This document shows, one piece after another, positions 56,448 to 64,000 of a DNA stretch of 64,000 nt (position 1 is the stretch's first letter; the number at the start of each line of letters is the position of its first letter). The notes under the pieces are model-generated. The model saw nothing but the letters and a program-made list of their open reading frames with translations, did not search any database and was not told where the DNA came from. The stretch comes from Eledone cirrhosa (lineage: Eukaryota): contig OZ024741.1 in assembly GCA_964016885.1 (NCBI GenBank), positions 192,324,001-192,388,000 on the forward strand, in the 5' to 3' direction. The translations under genes and the position numbers were made by a program.

Positions 56448-56767
56448 GTTTGGCTACCTATCACGGTGTGGCTAATGAAGAATTAATTATGCAAATAATC
56501 ATTAATCAGAGCTATATATAAAATTGCAAGTTTGAAGAATTATTAGATAAAATATATACAGTATTTCTTCTCCCTTGATTTATACGGGCTAGGGATAGGA
56601 AATACTGTATATATTTTATCTAATAATTCTTCAGACTTGCAATTTTATATATATATATATAAAAGAATAGAGGTGTAACACACAAGTTATATATTGGTAA
56701 ACGGAATAGAAAATGCTGACAAATTTTTCACTGTGAACAATTTGTCAGCATTTTCTATTCCGTTTAC

Positions 56768-56775
<8 letters not shown>
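56448..56775 (-). repeat. Two short fold-back elements (P10 at 56448-56650; palindrome at 56688-56775)
   Basis: 56513-56568 is the inverse of 56600-56652; attggtaaacggaatagaaaatgctgacaaatt is inverted across a 13-bp loop. Confidence 0.82.
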
Positions 56776-56799
<24 letters not shown>

Positions 56800-56934
56800 T
56801 AGCGAGAATCGTATTTCGGCTTAGGAATTAACGAAAAACAACTTCCGAGATGTGAGGCAAGTGCTCAATGATTCAGATGAACCAGAGCTACAACATACGT
56901 TAAAGGCCAAACACACTGAGACGATGGTTAAACA

Positions 56935-57038
<104 letters not shown>

Positions 57039-57894
57039 CATATATATATATACAGAATAATTTATACATACACATATATATGTGTGTGTGTGTGCGTGCG
57101 TGTGTATATATATGTGTGTGTATGTATTAATGTGTGTGTATGATATATAACTATAAAGAAGCACTCAACACATATATATAGAATATAGAATTTATTTTAC
57201 GTGTAAAAGGTTGAATTTGATTTTAAAATACATACACATACCCGGGTATTGATGAGAGATGAAATCTGTGAGTGTAGCCCATACGGTTATTTCGTATGGA
57301 AAGCAAAGTACGCAAAATTTGTAGAGAGAGAGAGAGAGCGAGGGAGAGAGAGAGGGAGAGAAAGAGAGAAAGAGGGCAGAGGAGGGAAGGTAGGGGTGGA
57401 GGATTTGTAGTAATGAGGCTACACAGTTTCTTTCAGCTACTTATTGGTCTTGCAGTATATTCTGACCTTTGTTTCAGAACAACTCAACATTTAGAAAAGT
57501 CAAGAACTTTAGAGAATACCATTCACAACAGACCTCATCAATAAACACAAGTATAAATTCTGTCTGGTTTTTATGAAAAAAAAAAAAAATACAACATATC
57601 CAGCTAATGTATGTATGTATGTATGTATGTATGTATGTATGTATGTATGTATGTATGTATGTATGTATGTATGTATGTATGTATGTATGTATGTATGTAT
57701 GTATGTATGTTCTTCTGGTTTTATAATTTCACAAAGTTTTACCAATAGAGAGAGAGTCGGTTTCTAACATAGATACAAGACTCTCTCATTGGAATTTACA
57801 CAACATCAACTAGGTAGATATGTATGTATGCATGCATGTGTAGATATGGATGTTATTGTATGTGTGGATGTGTATATTTTGAGTTGTATGTGTG

Positions 57895-58745
57895 CATGTG
57901 TATATGGTTTGTACCTGTACATGTGTATATGCAGTTATTAGATGCAACATTTTTGGAATGTTTTACATATTTTTACTGTTCCATTAATGGATTGTACTTG
58001 TAGCTTCCTAACTAGTTGTGTTCTTTCTGTTCATGTGAAGCCTAGCTTCTCAAGATTTGTATTGAGGCAGTTACTAACATATCCCAGTGCCCCAATAATG
58101 ACAGGTATAAATCTGAAGGTGTAATCAGGGTGGAGTATCTGCAGATTTCTCATCAGTTCTGCATAAATATTCTCCTTTTCACTAATCTTTGATATTATAT
58201 TGGCATCTGCTGGGCAGCTAATTTCCACTACTGTGCATGTTTTCTTCTCCCTGTCTCATATCATAATATCTGGTCTGTTATGCCTGCATTTTATTGGGGT
58301 TTTTACTGGAACATTCCACCAGTACTCTTTCATATTATGTACATAGATGTCTTCCACATTGCTGTAGCTTTTAATGTGTTTATTATCGGGGCTATCTTTT
58401 TTACGAACTGCATTGTACAGTGTTTTGGCCACTACATCATGCCTCATAGGTAGATAGTACCGCGATGACAACTTTGGGCAGCTGCTGATGACATGGGTGA
58501 TATCCTCGATGTTAGTTCTGCAGAGTCTGCACTTGTTATCACATCTAGGTGTTTTGCCTGCATCCCTATCTCTTTTGTGAATCAGGTATTTCGTGCTAAT
58601 CTCCTGTTGTTGGATTGCAAAAGCGTATCCTTCAAAGTGGGAGCCAATATAGCGGTTGTTGGTCCAAGATAGACTACTTTCCTTATCTATATTACTCTCA
58701 CTCTGGAGCTTCCTGGCAACATATCCATGCATGATTTTTTGCTGA
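57895..58745 (-). mobile_element. LINE family A 3' fragment (CCHC + RLE + 3' end)
   Basis: Inverse homolog of 1770-2513; CRLC..HVISSC, RHD, RPDIMI and EISCP motifs; 5' junction in (CATA)n. Confidence 0.9.
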
Positions 58746-58823
58746 TATGTATGTATGTATGTATGTATGTATTTACATACTGACAGATATGTATATACGC
58801 ACATGCATACATACATTCATGCA

Positions 58824-58878
<55 letters not shown>

Positions 58879-58979
58879 ACACACACACAAATATATATAT
58901 ATATATATTTGCCAATGTCATTTTGTCTGCTGACTTTGTCATACTGAATGTCAAGATTGTCTTACGCATACATATATGT

Positions 58980-59011
<32 letters not shown>

Positions 59012-59210
59012 ACACACAACACACACACACATATACAAACACTCCCCCCCACACACAAGACCTTGTACTCAAAGAATCTTATGATATAGTAAAATTGAAA
59101 ATCTTCGTTCCAGTATCGTATTTCAGAAGACGATACTTTAACGCGGACTATCAATAGCTCACTGTTACAGTTGTAATTAATAAGATACATTTAAATTTAT
59201 ATTAAGATAG

Positions 59211-59323
<113 letters not shown>

Positions 59324-59454
59324 AGATACCACATCAGATTTGGTTGTATAAGACGTTGGTACATAAGACGTTGAATACTTTCCCATAATTACACCATGAT
59401 TTGCTGATTGGAGTGTCACAAACACAGCTCCTGCTACCCATTAATAAACATTCT

Positions 59455-59489
<35 letters not shown>

Positions 59490-59823
59490 CCCCCCCCCCA
59501 CATATATAGAGAATGATAGATGAAAAGAGACTATGGTTCTGAAAGTGTACGTTAGAGACAAAGAGACTGAGTGCAATAGATATATAGAATGTATGTGAAA
59601 GAGTAAGTTAACAGGGAGAGATAGGTTAGCTTTCCAACTGACCTTATAACCCACACCGAGAGCAATTTCCACCTCTCTCTTACATAACTACTCTTCTATC
59701 ATCAGCTTGGCTATATCTTTCTTTGTATTTATAATCCAAAGTCACTGTCTCTATCTTACTCTTTCTCAAATAAACCACATTATGTTTTAAAACAGTACCA
59801 CGCTATTACACACACACACACAC

Positions 59824-59872
<49 letters not shown>

Positions 59873-60034
59873 TCATGTGACAACCATTTTGTGCTAGATA
59901 TGTCTGGGAAGGGGTAATTTGAGCATTGATGGGCTTGCTATGCTTTAATATCTTCTCCCACATCTCCCCCTCTCTCTCTCTGTTCGATAGGTTCAAATGG
60001 TAGAGGCGTAGCTTAGCAAGAAAATAATTCGGTT

Positions 60035-60915
60035 TTTGACGTGCTGGTCGATTCCAGGCAGATGTGTGCAGTGTTTCGCCTACACCTTGTTCGACTGTTT
60101 GGGGAGACGGTGGTGGACTTCAGTTCCAAATGCGACGGCCTGCCGCGATTCTCGGAGACTTATGCGGGGTTTCAGCGAAAAGCCAATAACAGCAGACGAG
60201 ATTCGGAATGCCCTAGCCGACTGTACGAGGCGCAAATCGGCCAGTTTGGATGGTCTGCCCTATGGGTTTTACGAATATTTCCCAGACCTGTTCTCCGATC
60301 TGCTCGAAGCGGTCTACTGGATCTGATAGCAGAACGGGAGAATTCCCAGTTAAGTGAGTCGTCGGGCATAGTGACGCTGATGAGGAAAGACGAGAACAAG
60401 AGGAAAGTTTTAGAGGGGGTCGGACAATTTTTCGAGGAATATGAAAGGTTGACGGGAGAAAAGATCAACCCGGAAAGTCGGTTAGTTTGCAGCTCGGTAC
60501 CTGGAGAGGCAAATCCATGACGTTCAACAACGTTAGCGGACGCTGGATGAACCTACCAGTAAAGTTGCTCGGGGTCTAGTTAGGGCCAGACCTCTAAGTA
60601 GATAAAAATTGGGACGAGGTGACGAGCAGAGTGGCCACTCTTACCCAGAAATGGGCAGAGAGGAAACTATCCCTGAACGGTTGGGCGGAGGTGGCGAACG
60701 GATCCTTCCTAGGTACTCTTGGAGAGTAGGTGGTTTAAGATTGGTAGAGTGCCTAAGTCCCCCTTGGGTGGTACTTCCTCCTATTGGGGATTTTTATTGT
60801 TATATAATTTGTTATACTATTTTTACGCGATTTGTTGTAAACCCCCACTATCCCTGATTTTTGTATTATTCCCTATATGTCGGCCTTTGTGTCTAAATCA
60901 GAAATTATTATTGTT
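60035..60915 (+). mobile_element. Tx1-like LINE with large internal deletions
   Basis: ITADEI..KSASLDGLPYGFY, GEKINPEK, KLLGV, NWDEV..QKWAERKLSL, followed by the 3' UTR. Confidence 0.8.
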
Positions 60916-61126
60916 ATTATCGCAACTCCGAATACTGGGTGTTTGAATATGTTTGCGTTTAAATTTTCTCCCAACAAATCTAATTGCAGTTGAAGCCGAT
61001 GGCGTAATAACAGCGCTTTCTACTGTTAGACATTGCAAACGATATTGTGGGTGAACGGTATATAATCTGCTCAATGAAAGGGAAATAATAATTAAAATAG
61101 ATGAATTAATAAATATAATATATTAC

Positions 61127-61246
61127 TTTTGTTTTGTAAACAGTTTTGGTGTGGAATTTAACGGTTCTTCCTGGTGTGAGAAAACCTTTTACAGAGGGAT
61201 TCAGCAATGGTTGTTGAGAACATGCTGGCATCACAAGGTTCTGCGC
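61127..61246 (-). CDS. Synaptotagmin-like exon (first half of C2A)
   Basis: ttttttcag|AQNLVMPACSQQPLLNPSVKGFLTPGRTVKFHTKTVYKTK|gtaata; 120 nt; joins NPVF in frame, matching the C2A consensus KxxTKVxxKTxNPVF. Confidence 0.88.
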
Positions 61247-61932
61247 CTGAAAAAAATAATACATAGAAACAGAATGTTAAATTGTATTTGAATATCCGTC
61301 AGTATTGTAGTCAGTAGTGTATGCAGAAGTGTAATGCGTGTGTGTGCCACCCCCATTAAATTCAGTTTTAATCCAGTCATCCTTAAACATCCTACAAAAC
61401 TAACGCACCGTACCAGAACACCCACACATTACATCAGAGTAACTAATACACCATATGCACATTTACGCAATTCGGTTGCCTCCATACTATATATATACAA
61501 ATATATGATACATTTATTGTATACTTTGGCTGCTTAGCACTCAGTTTAACATATATTAAAATGAACTACTAGCATGAGCGCTAATAACATACAAATTTGT
61601 TCGTCCACTCCAGGTTACTACCACAATGGATAGGATATATAAGTCCTTCGGTTATGTATTTCCTTGTGGTTATTTAGAGGATATACATATCTTTTGATGA
61701 ACCTGTCTATGTTCGAAAATTGCTTAAAGATATTTATCATTTTGTTTTAATTTACAGAGAAATACTTATATTCAACATGTTTACATGTCTATATACTCAA
61801 CATGTAAATTTATATACACATTTACACAGTCTCTGTTACCTCTGTAATCTCCTATATATACAGATATAAATTTACACTAATACAACAGTTCAGAACACTA
61901 TTACAACTTAAACAAATTAATAGAGCATACTA

Positions 61933-62015
<83 letters not shown>

Positions 62016-62019
<4 letters not shown>

Positions 62020-64000
62020 TGGCGAGAATTGTTACTCTTGAGTTTCACCGTAACTCATCACTTACCTATAATAAAGTATAACTCTACTTCTGTATTGAGT
62101 TCAACATCACACGGGTGTATGTATATTTAAGTATGTGTTGGTTGCTTACCGACACATCAGTATGCAGGTTATAGCACTCAACGCAGGTAGGTCTGTTTAC
62201 TCCAGAGTAATTTAAAAATAAGAAGTGTAAGTCAACAAGTTAAAATTAACTGGCCGCTCATACAGGGGTCGCGAGTACCCGAGGCACCTGGAAAACGGGA
62301 TCACCAAACTTAAGGAGCATACTCATCCATGCTGAGAAAACCAACAACCTCTACATCATGGACGTAAAACTGTATAATAAGCTAATCCTCAGGGAACCGA
62401 GGAAGAGCTACAAGAAAACATCTGGAGTTACCCTTGAGGAAATCAACTCCAAGGCATAAGAAATAGTATCCGGACTCGGCATAGAGGATAGGACGGCTCC
62501 GTACCAGCCCAGGGACCCGAGGATTACCATTAAGGCTCACAAAACGAACTTTGAGTTTGAACTCCCGGTTAGACTAATAGCCTCTTCTAAGTCTGATTTG
62601 GGGGCTATCAGCAAAAACATACTAGATAGGATTCTGCCAATGCGAGGAAAAAACAAAGTTACAACTATGGTTCTGTACTGGCACTATTACCTGGGAAGAA
62701 TAGGACTAGCTTATCCAACTAGATATTGCTAGTTACTAATCTTCAATCTCGCCCATAGTTCTAAATAAGGCCCTTATATTCGCGATGTGTAAAGAAGAAA
62801 TAGGAATCATCCACGCCGCCCGGAAGACCTTGATACGTTTCGGTGGGGATCTCTGGACCAGGAGTGATTGGCCAAATAATTTTGATATCACAATGGGCTC
62901 TAGTGACTCCGCACAGATAACGGACCTGGTTGGGCTCTTCATAATGAAGCAAAATAAAGAAGAAATCTCCAACTTCGGTGGCAGCTTATACCGCAATGAT
63001 GCCCTCTTCACTGTATCTGACCCCAGCACTAGTATGATGGAAGGAATGAAGAACAGAATTAGACTTTTTTTTAGGAAACTAGGGCTCAGTATAGAAATAG
63101 ACCCCAATAGAAAAGTAGTTAACTGCTTAGACACCACTCTAAAACTAAACACGGAGCCATACTACCCCTATCATAAGCCCAACGAGAAGCTAGCGTATGT
63201 TAATGGTAAGTCCAACCGCCCTAGATCTATTATTTAGATCTATTATTAAGATCCATCATTAAGAGTGTCTCGGACAGGATCTCCAACTTGTCTGCCAATA
63301 AGGAGATCTTCGATAGTAATGTTGATTATTATAAACAGTTTTAGCTAAGGCGGCCCATGGCCAAGTTATCTGTTAAAACCCTATGGGACTTCCGACCTAT
63401 AGTCTCGGGAAGGGAGGAAACCCACGTAATACAGTTAGGGTTGAAGCTACAGCACCTAAATCCCCGGAACCTAGCACCACCACGCTTGCGAGAAAGACAC
63501 ATACCCCTGAGCATACGAATAAATGCAATACGTGAGGTGGGTCTAGCGGTGATGCAAACCACCCCGGACCTAGCGTTCCCAACCACGTAAAATCGACCGG
63601 TGTGGGCCGGTATCACTCCACCGGCAGAGACAGAACAGTTAGCAGAAACCATAACGCACAACGGGGCAGCAGAAGTGAGGGAAGCTGTGGAACCCCAACA
63701 ATTCCTCAACAGCCTGGTGCGTGCTCAAACAACTCACATAGGACTGTGCATAGAAAAAGAACATGGTATAATCCACCATCTGCGGACCTGCAGACCATCC
63801 TGGCCCGCTCATTCTTTAGGGCACTGGATAAATGCTTCCCAAGGACCCACAGGTACCATAAAATCTTTAATAGGCACACGGTGAAGCTCTCATGCTCCAC
63901 CACGCGCAGCGTAGCCCAGCACATAGCTAGTATCAATAGGAACAGACATTTAGACAGACAACAGCAGATCCTATAGACATCCAGCAGAGCGATGACAGGG
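62016..64000 (+). mobile_element. Second Naiad-like Penelope element, degenerate, running off the window
   Basis: AEKTNNLY, ITIKAHK, VRLI, DITMGSSDSAQITDLVG, LYRND, WYNPP and KIFNRHTVKLS motifs; the 5' flank has an antisense HHR remnant (62030-62062) and an ACTC/GAGT tail. Confidence 0.88.

Noticed and set aside
59330-59430. Candidate extra exon (AVFVTLQSANHGVIMGKYSTSY...)
   Set aside because: Weak splice sites and an incompatible start phase; the exon at 61246-61127 joins NPVF directly and completes C2A.

Overview
AT-rich, microsatellite-dense animal genomic DNA. The repeat content suggests a cephalopod (Octopus-like), which is an inference. One host gene is supported: five minus-strand exons (61246-61127, 50889-50683, 47396-47282, 40093-39888, 38151-38029) splice in frame into the C2A-C2B region of a synaptotagmin-like protein that lacks most Ca2+-binding aspartates; its 5' exons lie beyond the window. 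The rest is transposon debris: two R4/Dong-like (RT + restriction-like endonuclease) LINE families, Tx1-like LINEs, RTE 3' ends, tRNA-derived SINEs, mariner- and hAT-type MITEs, and four Penelope-like elements (PLEs; three with RT, three with GIY-YIG in the window). The most striking structure is a set of about 20 non-coding fold-back elements (90-800 bp) from more than 10 unrelated sequence families, almost all inserted in (TA)n. Many carry type I hammerhead ribozyme (HHR) motifs, often on both strands. They have one-sided tails that begin with a shared ACTC...GAGT hairpin, recur as units with fixed ends, and one family shows flip/flop isomers of its central spacer. One family matches the 3' terminal repeat of a coding PLE in the window. 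All folds, alignments and coordinates were worked out by eye, so repeat boundaries are approximate.
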